A stretch of DNA of 56,004 nt from a virus (lineage: Duplodnaviria; Caudoviricetes), in IMG/VR virus record IMGVR_UViG_3300020178_001420, positions 1 through 56,004 of that record; one strand, 5' to 3'. Under the pieces are notes generated by a model. That model was given only the letters and a program-made list of their open reading frames with translations, made no database searches and had not been told where the DNA came from. Positions within the stretch are counted from its first letter, which is position 1, and every line of letters starts with the position of its first letter. Below are positions 10,212 to 22,700 of the stretch, in pieces. Position numbers and translations under genes: made by a program.

Positions 10212-11117
10212 TTAAAATAACCTGCTAGAAGGAAAGCCTCCAAATGGTAGGCTTATTTCATCCCTAAACCTTAATTTACATCCATTGAGGGTTTTTGAGC
10301 ACTCATCTCGTACCCAATTAACATTACTGATACTCGGCTTGTTCGTATCTGAGGATGTATGGTCTTGTGAGCACACATAGACTGTATGTCTTGTGTCATT
10401 ACCTTCTCTGGTGATTAAAAACACAGCATCATTAATTCTATAAGCTTGATTCAACTCCCACAAACCTTTATCCACTATGACTTTTTTAAATTTTACATTA
10501 TTTGCATCTGCTACTGGGTTTCCTACATAGCCGCAATTTTTACCTCTATACTTCCAATAACAATAATTATTTATTACTTTTCTTCTTGGAATTGTCACAT
10601 TTTCCATATCAAGAGCATTCGAAAGCTCAAATTCTGCATAAAATTTATTTTCTTGTATTTTGTGATTTATAATCCATATGTCGTCCCTAAGTTTTGCTTG
10701 GGGATCTGGATTTACACCTATTTTATCCCAGTATCGTTTATCTTGTTGATAATTTAAAAAGTTTTTTTCATCTAGAAATTTCACAAAAGTTCTCGTTCTT
10801 TTGACTTTAGCTTTTAAAAAATCATTTTTATTTACAATGTATTTAGAAAGAAACCCGTTAAAATTGATTATTTTAAGAGTCGGTCTAGATAAATTTCCAT
10901 CGCCCCTTACCTCTATATTTTCTATAGAATATGGGACATAGAAATACTCTTTGTCGTCAAAAAAAAGTGAAGAATGAACGGCTCCGTGACCAGAATGCAT
11001 TCTTATTACGTCTTCCGTGTTTGGTATAGAGAATATTTCTATTAACTCCACAATCAAAGATCTGTTCGAGAGAAAAAGCTCCCTGTTTATTTTCGCACTG
11101 TTTTGTTGAGAAGGCAT
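10212..11117 (-). CDS. Minor tail protein L
   Basis: RPTLKIIN, RTRTFVKFLD, CYWKYRGKNC ... CSKTLNGCKLRF, LPFGGFP: the four-Cys Fe-S motif of lambda gpL. Confidence 0.93.
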   Translation of the reverse strand: MPSQQNSAKINRELFLSNRSLIVELIEIFSIPNTEDVIRMHSGHGAVHSSLFFDDKEYFYVPYSIENIEVRGDGNLSRPTLKIINFNGFLSKYIVNKNDFLKAKVKRTRTFVKFLDEKNFLNYQQDKRYWDKIGVNPDPQAKLRDDIWIINHKIQENKFYAEFELSNALDMENVTIPRRKVINNYCYWKYRGKNCGYVGNPVADANNVKFKKVIVDKGLWELNQAYRINDAVFLITREGNDTRHTVYVCSQDHTSSDTNKPSISNVNWVRDECSKTLNGCKLRFRDEISLPFGGFPSSRLF

Positions 11118-11151
11118 TATTAAATAATAAATTTATAAACATTTTTTTCCA

Positions 11152-12120
11152 CTAAATACTGGACTTCATTTTCATTGAAAATCCATTCTCCATAAGAGTG
11201 ACAGTTATATCGTTAGAGTTTTTAAAAACAAAATTATGCTCTATAGTTTTACAATGCACATGGAGCTCTCTTGGTCTAGGGCCTTTTGTTTTGAATTTAA
11301 TTGTTTCAAACCCTTGTTTTTGCAAGAAGAAAGATATTATTTTTAAAGCCTCTGCATCAGACACTCCTTTATATATTAAATTGAATGAATTATTAAAATT
11401 CATCTCGCTGTCAGATTTGCTATAAGCCAAACCTTTTCCTTCAGAAAATGTTTGCGAAACTCCTTTTGCCGCAAAAGATTGCTCGTATGAAGGTTGAATG
11501 TCAAGTTCTTCTCTAAAGAAATAATCATTAATTATTTCTTTTTGCTTCTCAGGCAAAGCTTCTATATAAATTATGTTTCTTAAATTTAATTGAGATAGAT
11601 TATCTGCCATAAAAGTCGTGCTTATTGATGCTGTGTTCGGATCGGATTGTTGTACTCCGTATGATTCGAATTCAAACTCCTGAACAAAGTAAGGCTCTAA
11701 CGAATACAAAGACTTATATTTATTTGAAATATCTAATTCATCGTAAGGTTTTGGTTGAAATATGAACTTTTCTCCAGCTTTAGTTTTTTCAAAAAAATCA
11801 ATTAAATAATAACCATCCCTAAGGTTTAGATAGGAAAAGTCTAAATTCATCCTAAAGGATACTCGGTTTAAATTATACATATCATGCACTACATGGCCAT
11901 TATTAGATCTCATGAAATTTATTGAGAAATCTATCGTGACCTTAGAGCCATAAGAAGGCATTAAAGTCATTGGATTATTAAATTTAAATTTTTTTAAATT
12001 CTTGTCTCCCCTTGACCCTTTAAGAAAATCAGAATAAGTGTTATAATTATTCGAGCCTATGTTTTGAGACTCTATGAAATAGTCTCTATTTAATGCTCCT
12101 ATTTTTATAAAATCTTCCAT
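11152..12120 (-). CDS. Distal tail (gpM/Dit-like) protein with tandem duplicated domain
   Basis: Directly upstream of gpL. Two PSY...L.(F/Y)......A/G..(L/I)I.FF....G.E...F repeats resemble the gpM pattern. Confidence 0.65.
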   Translation of the reverse strand: MEDFIKIGALNRDYFIESQNIGSNNYNTYSDFLKGSRGDKNLKKFKFNNPMTLMPSYGSKVTIDFSINFMRSNNGHVVHDMYNLNRVSFRMNLDFSYLNLRDGYYLIDFFEKTKAGEKFIFQPKPYDELDISNKYKSLYSLEPYFVQEFEFESYGVQQSDPNTASISTTFMADNLSQLNLRNIIYIEALPEKQKEIINDYFFREELDIQPSYEQSFAAKGVSQTFSEGKGLAYSKSDSEMNFNNSFNLIYKGVSDAEALKIISFFLQKQGFETIKFKTKGPRPRELHVHCKTIEHNFVFKNSNDITVTLMENGFSMKMKSSI

Positions 12121-12881
12121 TATAAAACCATTTCCTGCACTTCTATAGAACCATTTAATATGGAGTCTTTTGACATTGTTAAATTTTGGTTTTTAATAAT
12201 ACCAATACATTCCAGGGTTTTTCCTCTAGCTTCGTAATCTATATTCCTTGGAGATATATTAATTGATGCTGTTTTTTCTCCTGAAAACCTAATTAGATTT
12301 CCTATATTTTCTCCTTCTACTTTAAGTCTTTTTGACATAGCTGTTAATGTCACATATCTAGGGAATTCGGATCCTATTTTGTAGCTGGCTGTTCTCTCGC
12401 ACATAACTGAATAATTAATACTTTTAGGAAATTCTAGTCCAATTGATTTTTTATTAAAATTTATTAATTCTGCATACGCTGCGTTTGCTAGTTTTCCAGG
12501 GTCTTCTTCAAATGCTCCTGTTTTAACCGATCCATCAAACCCACTGTACATCGTAAAACTCGCATTACATAGCACAGGCTTGTATGGACTCATGTCTATT
12601 TCGTAGTTTGTTAAATATGCTCCAGAAAAATTTATTCCACCGAAACTCCCGCTACACGGCTTATTTCCAGTCAATTCCGCTATTAAATCTGTTTCTCCTG
12701 TTGTATAATATTGGATATTCATTGTTGAGTCTATCTGGCTTGATGCAGAATATTCTCTAAATCCGCCCCCATAAATTTTTGAGCTTTGAGTGTTAGCGGC
12801 ATTTGCCATGCTAGCTTCTATAGCAAAAACTTTTTGGTTATTAATTTCTACTACGAACTCGTTGTATTTTATGTAACTCAT
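12120..12881 (-). CDS. Tail-tube-like minor tail protein
   Basis: GAYLTNYEI and SINYSVMCERTASYKIG resemble motifs in the major tail protein; lies between TMP and Dit. Confidence 0.6.
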   Translation of the reverse strand: MSYIKYNEFVVEINNQKVFAIEASMANAANTQSSKIYGGGFREYSASSQIDSTMNIQYYTTGETDLIAELTGNKPCSGSFGGINFSGAYLTNYEIDMSPYKPVLCNASFTMYSGFDGSVKTGAFEEDPGKLANAAYAELINFNKKSIGLEFPKSINYSVMCERTASYKIGSEFPRYVTLTAMSKRLKVEGENIGNLIRFSGEKTASINISPRNIDYEARGKTLECIGIIKNQNLTMSKDSILNGSIEVQEMVL

Positions 12882-12882
12882 A

Positions 12883-13719
12883 TTATGTATATTTTATATT
12901 AACCCCCCTCATTGATGAAGAGACATAGCTTAATGTAACGGATGTATTATTCTCTGCGTCTGTAGATAAAGATTCTGATTTTAGTTCAGCATTTTCAAAA
13001 ATATATTCAACTTTTTTTTCTTGGCCGCATTTCCCTGATAATACAATTTTTATATCTTTAATATGTATGCCTGTCTTTATATAATCATAAACATTTTTAG
13101 ATTCATAGTCGTCTATATCTATAGTTGTCGTGAAATTTTGGGTGACGGGTAATTGAGTAACTACTTCGCATGGATATATGTCTCCTATCTTATAATAAGG
13201 TTGGTTATTAAACTCTATGCTAAATGAAAAGCTGGTAACTCGGTTAGTTGAAACTCCATCGCAATATAAAAATATACCGCTATTAGGGGGTATAAATAAC
13301 TCTTTTTGAGGGTTTTCTTTGATTTCTAAATTAGACTCTGCCTCGTTTCCCATTTTCCCGAATATTGATGCAGATAAACTTGTTTCAGGAATTTGATCTA
13401 CAGTAAAAGAGCAATCATAATTATTTATATACCCGCTTTCAAAGTTTAAAGATTTATCTCCGTATTTTAAACCTCCGTTAAAACCACTTTTGCTTAAAAA
13501 TAGCCTTGTAATCGGCTCGTCATCAGATATCATCAACCTAGAAAAACTAAGATTTCCAACCCCCGCACCGTTTTGCATACTTTTTATAGCTCCATTATAT
13601 CCCAGGAAAACTTCCTTCTCTGAGGGTATTGTATAACCCATGTTAATAGAAGATATTCCAGATATTTGTGTTCCATCTATATAGAAAGCTTGCTCTTCGT
13701 TTGCTATAAAGTTTTTCAC
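12883..13719 (-). CDS. Tail-tube-like minor tail protein
   Basis: SGYINNYDCSFTVDQIPE aligns with NGYVSDYSFEASVGSIPT of the major tail protein; FENAELKSESLS aligns with FKGAKLDSESIS. Confidence 0.65.
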   Translation of the reverse strand: MKNFIANEEQAFYIDGTQISGISSINMGYTIPSEKEVFLGYNGAIKSMQNGAGVGNLSFSRLMISDDEPITRLFLSKSGFNGGLKYGDKSLNFESGYINNYDCSFTVDQIPETSLSASIFGKMGNEAESNLEIKENPQKELFIPPNSGIFLYCDGVSTNRVTSFSFSIEFNNQPYYKIGDIYPCEVVTQLPVTQNFTTTIDIDDYESKNVYDYIKTGIHIKDIKIVLSGKCGQEKKVEYIFENAELKSESLSTDAENNTSVTLSYVSSSMRGVNIKYT

Positions 13720-16700
13720 TACCTCAATCTACCTCCAGTTCTTTGCTCTTTAGCTATAACGTCCATCACCGCAGCCTTCACTTTTTTAGCAAAACTAGCG
13801 GATTTAGTTGGATCAGACATTGAAGAACTAACACCTCCCCCAGAGTCAACATTAATATTTATGTTTACATCTCCATGGGAAATATTTGATACACTACCTG
13901 ATCCACTACCGCCCTGAACTGGCAGGGTTCCCGTATTTAATTGATTCATAACATTAGAACCATATTTTTTTACGGACTGCGGGTTCATTACATACTCACC
14001 AGATGTTAACACACTTGGAACTCCTCCGCCTTTATTCCTAAGTATTACTTGATTTTGTGTCACCTGCCCCCTTTGTCCAGTTCTAGCCATTTCAGAGGCG
14101 GCTATTTGAGGCCCTTCATAACGTCTTAACGCATCATAATAATCATGCGCTGCGACCCTATCATCTGGGTTCTTGTAAATTGAGGTTGCGCTATTTCCAG
14201 GCACGTCAATGTATCCATCTCTTTTGTATTGCTTCTCAGATCTTTCTTTAAATCTTTTTTGGCCAAAATCACTTTCTCTATACTTCTGTCTTGCAAAATC
14301 TGCCACCTTTCCAATCACAGCCCCCCCGACCATTCCGTAAAGCATTCCAAGCATTGCATTTTTTTCCAGTTTCTTTTGGTAATCTTTAACTTTTTCCCTG
14401 TATTTTTCTTGGGCGGCTGTTTGTTGATCCTGACGTAATATATTTTCTTTGTCTTTAAAGTATTCCTGAATCACTCTATCGTTCGCTATAGCATATGAAC
14501 TTAAATTTTTATTGATTCCTATTTCCCCTCTCGTTACTTTGTATCTCGTTACCGAACCATATTCATTAGTGTCTTCATACTCTTCTCTTTTAGCGGCGAA
14601 AGGAGCTCCAATACTGAGTCCAACTGCCCCTCCGTCTTTATATCCACCCAGTATTCCTTGATTCAAATTGTTCAAAAAGTGAACTCCGTATTTATCTACA
14701 GAACTTTTTTTAATAACATATTCCCCACCAGTAAGCATTGCTGGAACATCATCCCTAACACCACTTCCACCAGTTACCATGCCTCCATAATTATAACCAA
14801 GCCCAGTTATTTCTCCAAATGCACTTAAAACTCTTGATGAGGCACTTTTTAATACAGCTTGCTGTATATGATTTATCAATTGGATGCCTACTTTTTTCAT
14901 GGCATTGCCGAAGCTATCGGCGCCGCTTAATGCCACACCCATTGCATCAGCAAGACCGTCCCTTAATTGCATAGGCAAATCTTGACCAAGTCTTGTATAT
15001 ATTTGCTCTGCATCGCTTTTTACATTTGCAAATCCAGATTTTAATCCATCAGTCATGTTGGGAAAAAACTCTCCCATGAATCCTCCGTCACGACGAGTTG
15101 TTCTTGACATTTGTGATGCAAGGTTTTGCATGCTTTTATCCAATGTTTCTATTGAGCTTTTTAATGAATCCGCAGCTTGTATGCTTGCTGGGTCTTGAGA
15201 TTGGTAACCTTGACTTTGTCTCACTTCTGATAAAGCAGCTAGTTTTTCAGTCCTTTCATCTATCATTGAGGAAAATTTTTCAAGCTGATCAGGAGTACCA
15301 ATCGATTGTTGGTTTGCCATTATCCTAGCTTCAGCCACTTCAGCTGAACTCGCTGAAGGGTCTCTAGCTAAAACTTCATATTGTTTTTGTCTTCCTAATT
15401 GCTCTACAGCTCTATCAAATGCAGATGCTCCAGCTTGAGCTTCCACATCTAATTGATTTAAATTTCTAAATTTATCAATAGTTCCTGATGAATATTTTCC
15501 AAACTTTAAAGAGCCTTCGAAGTTCTCAATATCTCTTTGAGCTTGGCGCAGAAACTCTTGATTCGTTAGTTGATTAATTGTTTCTTGATATTTATCTCCA
15601 AATACCTTCAGAGTATCTACAAGATTTTTAAATTTATTATAATTTTTATCGCTCGAAGGTATTGTTGATAACATGTTATTTAATTCATCATTAATACCTT
15701 GAATGCTTGTTCCCTCTTTTATCTTCTCATCGTATTTTTCAGTTAAATTAATATTGATATTGTCAAATGTTTTGATTTGTTGAGTTACGGCCTCATTGGC
15801 TTGCCTTGATTTATCAATAACAGTTTTTGAAGATTGGTTTGGTGTTGAAGATTGTTTAGATGCAGCCTTTAATTCAGTATTTATATCTTTTAGTTCTGAA
15901 TTTAATTTTTCTAAACCTTTGTCTGCATCAGCCAATACAGCTTCCTGTGCTGCGACAAGTTCTTTTTGCTCTTTAATAGCTTCTGGTAGCCTGTCCCTGA
16001 CTTTCTCATAATCACTAGAATCTATATTCCTGACGCCCTCTGAAATCATTGACGATCCTGGCCCAGCTGCATAAACTTTATAACTTTCTTTAAGTAAGTC
16101 AGGCATATTAGCTCCGCCTTCGGACAAAGAACCTCCTACATATTTCTTTAGCAGCTTGTCGCCTGCCGAAGTTAATGGTTGAAAAATTCCTTTATTTTTA
16201 TCTTCCTTAAATAAATTAAATGCTTTTTCGAGAGCATCTAAAGATTTTCTTTTTGAATCTAAAATACTTGCTTGGAGCTTTCTTGCTTCCCCTGCCTGCT
16301 CTACAGCTCCTTTCTTTGCTCCTTGCTTGTCTCCAAGTTGAGCTATATAATCGCTAGGGGCTCTAGGTCTTGAAATTCCAGGTATTCCTCCACCTTTATT
16401 TACTGACACATTCGTTTTCGAGCCATCTGGGATAATTAAATTATTTCTAGATGTTTCTCCTCCATCTGGAGCCAATTCATCTTTAATAGTGTCTCCTAAT
16501 TTATTGAGAGAATTGATTAGATCTCTCTCGGACATTAATCTAAGAGCATCTCTTTTGAAATTCGAAAGCATCTCTGATTGTTTTAGAGCTTTTTCTTCTT
16601 CAAATATTTTTCTTTGTATTGAGTCTTGACGTTTTATTTCTTGCTCGTCAGTCCTCATCCCTCTAAATATAGGAGACTGCTGAAATTCCAATTTACTAAT

Positions 16701-19700
16701 ATTGCTGGATGCTCTTCCTTCAGCTCTCATCAATGATAAATCAGATCGAGCCTCAAACAAACCTATTGAAGATGATCTATCTTCAAGCATGCCTTGTATT
16801 TTAGATTGAATTTTATTTATTTGATTGGTTAATTCTAAGTTTCTTTTGTCTGCAGCTATAGATTCTGCCAAAACATCACTTTTATCATAAGTCTGATTAA
16901 GCATTTCTTGCAACATTTTAGCTTGTTCAGGACCTATAGATTTGCTGAATGAAACTAATAAGTCTCCCCCTTGGTTAACAATGCTTTCATAATTTTTAAC
17001 TAATGTTTCTATGGCGGCTCGCTGTTCCTCAAGAGTACCTACCCCCAAATAGGCTTTAAGTTCTCCAGGGTCATTTGGCATTTGTATACTGCCTTCTCCA
17101 CGAGCATTTAAACCAGCTATTTCAAAAATTTTAGATGCTCTATCTTGATTTATCTTAGTTTCTATTTGAGCATCTAGTTGCCTGCTTGTTACCATTGATT
17201 GTAGTGCTCCAGGGCCTTGACTATTTACAGCTCTTCTAACTGCATCTAATTGAGGAGCAGTTAAATCCAATTCTTTTTCTTTTGACATAACGCCCCTAAG
17301 TAAAGAAACTACATTTTCTCTATCTTGAGTTCTGGCTTTCAAAGAAGCTTGCATTTGAAATATTCTAGACTCTTCGTTTGATAAAAATTCTGTAGCATTT
17401 CTACCAGACATGAATTGAGCTGCAAAATTTGATCTAGCCTGTCTGTTTTGAATATTGCCAGAAGTTCTAATTCTATCAATCTCCATAGCCTTAATGCTTT
17501 CAGCTATGGTTGTTTTAAATTTTTGAGAAACATTAAATAACTGACTAGCTATGGCGTCTGAAGCATCTCTAGTTTTTTGAAAATTCTCCACATTTTTCTT
17601 GGCCTCTTCTATGATTTCAGCAAAAGAAACATTGCCTTCTTTGAAAAGAGCCATCATTTGATCTACAGCCTCCCTTGACATTACTCCTGCATCTACCAGC
17701 TTATCAAACTCAGCTAAATCATCTAAACCCAAATCGGTATATTCTTTTAATTCTTTTTGAGCTCCACCTATTCCGAAAAACCCTCCAGTTTCAACTTGTC
17801 TTCCCGCATAAGCGCCCACTCCAGCTCCTATTGAAGCCATTAATAGAGGACTAGCTAGACCTCCAGTTAAAGCAGTTAAAAGAGCTGACCCACCTATTAA
17901 TGCAGCAGCACCAATCCCAGCTCCTACACCGATAGCCCCACCAGCTAGAGTTCCTGTAGATGTGAAACCTTGTCTACCTTCAGCTGTTGCTCTAAGGTTT
18001 TTCATTGTTTCTGGGTCTAATTGTTTACCAGTTGCAGTTCTAGTTTCAAGACTGGTTTTTATAGCATCTAATGTACTAAAAACTTGGCTTTCTGTGGTTT
18101 TACCATTTCTGATATTCTGAGCCATTATAGAGCTGATAGCAACTCCAGCATTCCCAGCATTCCCAGTTCTTAATGCCATTCCGAAGTTTTGAATTGATGT
18201 TGCTACTGCCGTTTGGTCACTTAATTCCTTTTCTATCTTAGATAAAGTGAGTGGGTCTCCTCCAGACTGAGCCACTCGCTTTAAAATTTTTGGATCAGTA
18301 ATATTTGACATCATTTGATTGATTGAAGAATCAATTCTATCCAATGACATTGTATCTCCTCGCCCAAAAGCCTCGGCTCTTGCCGAAGACATTCTTTGTA
18401 TATTTGAAATTGCTTGGATGTTTTGAGATGTTACAGAAATTTCTTTTTCCCTCATTCTGATTTGCTCATCTATAGTTAGCGTGGCTTTTTGCATAGATGA
18501 TATAAATCCAGCCGCTCCTCCCACTATGGCTCCTGGAAGCCCAAAAATAGCACCCATTCCAGCTCCTACTAATGTGCTTGGCAAAGCTCCTGTGTCACTT
18601 ACTCTATAAGATCCATCTTTTAAAGTTGCCCTGTCTTCTCTGCTTACTTTATTTTCTAAAAATCCAGCTAGAGCAGGCAATATAAAAGAAGCTCCTAACC
18701 CCACTGACCCACCAAAACCTTTTAATCCATTGGCAAATTGTTTCGTTGGGTCTTTTAAAAATCCCCCTATTCTGCCCGCTCTATTTGCTATCCCTCCTCC
18801 AGCTCCACGGCTAATATTTTGCCCAAGGTATCCTGCTTGAAAAGACCCGAGAAGTCTCTGTCCAAAACCTTTAACCCCTGTTTCTCTGGAAGCTAAGTTG
18901 TTCCTCGCCTTGCTTGCTGAGCTTTCAGACCTCCGTCTTGATTGGTCCTGCTTTACGGTTTCTCTTATTGCTGATGTCGCACCTTGTAATGTTGAAATTG
19001 CCGTAAGATTCCTGGCGCTAGAAGAAGCATCATTTCTTAATTGTTTTTCTAGGTTATTTGCTAATTTTGTATTTCCTGATTGTAAGGCTTTTGTAAAAGC
19101 ATCTAATTTTCCTAAAAAGGGCTTCGCATTTCCCCTCACTAAACCACCAAATTCACCACTTCTAAATCCAGCCATAGCCAATGATTTATTTGAAGAAAGA
19201 ACCCCTTGCTCTTTCATGAAGGAACTAAATTCTCTCCTTGCTGATGTTCCCATACTAGCAATTATTTTATTTGCTTCTTTTTTGTCTTGTGTTTGAATTC
19301 CCTTTGATTCTAAAAAGCTTTGTGCATAAAATTTCCTAGCTTCATTTTTGTTAAATCCCTTACCTCTTTCTTCAAACACTCTAGATTGAGACCTAACCTT
19401 ACTCTCTGCTTTTAAAGCTTTGTCCATTGCCCTTGCTGTAGTTAAAGGCATATTCATCATTTGTTTTGCTTGCGTGTCTAAGTTTCTATTTAATGCATTT
19501 AGGGTTCTTAGTGTTTCTTTATTTTGTTCTACATTAGTTCCCTTAGATATGTTTTTCAGTGCTAGTGCTTGTGCGGTCGCCAAAGACTTCTCAAGCTCTC
19601 TTGGTCCTTGATTTGCAAATTGAGCTGCTAAAGCTCCTACAGCGCCTCCTTTTTGAGCTACTGATTGTAAAGCTTCAGCTCTAAACATTTGTTTTGCGAA

Positions 19701-22700
19701 TTGTCGCCTGTCTAGAGATTCCTTCCCCATCAATCCAACTCTAGCTGATTCTTTTAAGTTGTATTCTTTTATGAGATTGGTGGTTTTTCCAAATGAATTT
19801 GCTATTCTATTTAAATATTGAGCTCCTCTTTTAGTGCTAGCGCTAAATAAGTTTATACTGTTTCTGGCTTCCATGAAAGATCTCTCCATCATATTTAAAC
19901 CTTCTGCTCGAACGGCTCCTGCCGCTTGACGTCTTACATTAATTACATCTCCTAGATCCAATGCATAATTAGGCATTGAGGTTTTTTGATTAGGATTTAA
20001 TCCTCCGTGTAAAGCTCTAGCTTTAGCCAAAGAACCTCCTTCTTGTTCTTTGTTAACAACAGCTAGTCCAGGGTTTCTTGAACTTTTAAGAGAGGGGGCG
20101 GAGACGACTTTAGGAGTCACTCCGAAAGAAGCTTCTCTGGATACAGCGTCCGCTACAGCCCCAGCATATCCAGGATTTGAATTCAGTATATCTTTTGCTT
20201 TACTAGAAAATAATGCATAGTTTGGCACATGGCCTTGATTCGACATTTTATAAGTCCAAGAGTCGCTGCCCCAATTACCTTCTGGCTCAAGCTCATCCTT
20301 ACTGAATTTTAAATCTTTATTTTTCTCGACTTTAAATTTTCCTTTTTTGGCTATACTGTCAATTACTCGCATAGCTGATTTTGATGTAGTCATATCTCCA
20401 TACAAACCAGTATAACCACTCTTTTTAGCATAACGAGCCATGAATTCATAAAGTTGACGACCGTAACCTTTGCCTCTTAATGCTTGATCAGATTCACCAG
20501 TAAAGATAACTTGCAATCCCGTCTTTCCAGGTCTTTTTGGATCATCAATTTCTGTAGCTTGAGACTTTACGAATTTTTTATCCCCTACAAACGAAGAAAA
20601 CTGAACCTGTTTTGGCGGCCCAAATGGCCCATCTTCCCCGCCAAACTGTTGAGTTTTTACTCTAAATTTTGCAAAGTTTGGAATTAATCCAGCTGCAGCC
20701 ATATTAGGATCTACTAATAATTTTTTACCTCTATGAACAACGCTTTCAATTCTATCTAAATGTACCCTTCTGTAACCTTTATCTCCAGGTCCAGCTGAAG
20801 GTATGTGAAGAACTCTAGTTCTACCCACATTTGCTGTCCTATCGAAATCATCCCAACTATCAAATCCTTTTGGTGGAGGAGCTCCTTTTTTATATTTATG
20901 AACACCATGTCTGCCGACATATGTTATCGGATCTCCACCTTTTAATGGGTGATACTTTACAGATTTATATAAATGATTTTTTATAATATTGTCTAGCTCA
21001 GACATACCAATGACTCCATCATGGCCAGATTTACTAACCGCAGCGCTTCTTTTCTGGCTCGCATTAATTCTCAACGGAATGAAATTAGGAACAAAACCAT
21101 CTGCAAAACCGAATCTTTTAAACGCCTTTGCTCTTCTTTTATCAAAAAAGTCATCGACTATATCTCTTTGTCCAAAAAATCTAGAACTTCTTTTGAATAA
21201 TTTTCTTTCAGCTTCTTCTGGCCCTACCCCATCAAGCATTTTTTCAAATTGGCCAGGAATCAAGCTTGGTAAAAATTTATCTAAATATTTAGAAGATTGT
21301 GAAGCATTCACATTTTGCATTACAGTCTCCTGTACAGCTTTTAATGTTTTTAATTGGTCTCCTCTAAATCTGCCAGAAAGTTCTCCAAAATAACCAGACT
21401 TCCCAGTCATGGAGCTAGCGGATTTACTTGGTGTAAAGCTTTTGTAAAGTTGAGCTAATTGCATTCCTACGGGCCTAGCTTTAGTAATCCATTGCTCTGG
21501 ATCATAACCTAATATCATTCTATTAGATTTAGGTCTATCATCTAAAGAGCTTGATTTCCCGTAGAATTCCATGAACTTATTTTCACTTAATAGATTGCTT
21601 CTTCTGCTTGGGTCACCTAACATACCCTTCACATTTTTTCTTACTTTAGATCGAACACCTTTTGTTCCAAAAAAGTCTTCCCTTAGTAAGCTTAAATTAT
21701 CCGCCCTTGTTTTACTGAATCCATCTTCAGAATGTTTCATTGCGGGGACTGCTCCGTATTTATCTCGGAAAAATTTTTTCTCGCTAGAGTTTAACCCCGA
21801 ATTAATATTTATAGAAGAAGATTTTCCAGTCAAATAACTATAAAAACTATTTAAAACTCCTGGGCTAGAAAGTATTTCTCTTTTTCTTGCGGAAGAAATA
21901 TTACGCATTCCATATGTTGAGTCGCCTTCAAATAAAGACTTATACTGATTAATTGGTATACCAGTATATGACCCCTTAAATTCTAAAATATTAGCATCAG
22001 CATTTTTGATGAATGTTTTTAATATTGATTGTAAACTGGATTTATCTAAATATTTAAGAGCATCAGTATTATTAAGTAATCTTTTTTCTTCTGAATAAGG
22101 ATCAAAAACACCCGTCTTTTTAGGAAAATCAAATGTGGATGAAAGTAGTGATCTTACTAAAGATTGTTCGTTAAGATTTTTATCAAAACTAAATGCTGAG
22201 AAATTTGGAATTTGTAATTTTCGATCTCCTAAATCTTTAATTCTTTTGTTTCTTACGGCGGCTCGTTTCGTGTTTAAATCATAGACCATGCCATTAAGAT
22301 AACCATCTTTGGGGCCCATTGACCATGTTTGCGGGACATTGTTGCCGTAAAGTTTTAAGCTATCTTCTACTTGTTTCAAGAATCCAGGAGAAGCATTTTT
22401 AAGAAATTTTCTATGAATTAATGTTCTGACGGAGTCAAGCTCTGACTTGGTTCTCATCGAAGCACTAAATGAATGCCATACATCGCTTAATGTCCTGTCT
22501 GTACCGTCATTCAAAGATAGTCCAGTAGCTCTTCTTTTGCCGTAGATTAAGCCTGCCGCTACATTAGCTGGTGTTGCTTTATATGCAAAATTTGGTATCA
22601 CTCCAGGTCTTTGAGTATTCAAAGACTGCAGCATAGTATTCGGTATAATTGTATTAGCGAAAAGTTGCCCAGGGATTACTTTACCAGGTCTTTGATAGTA

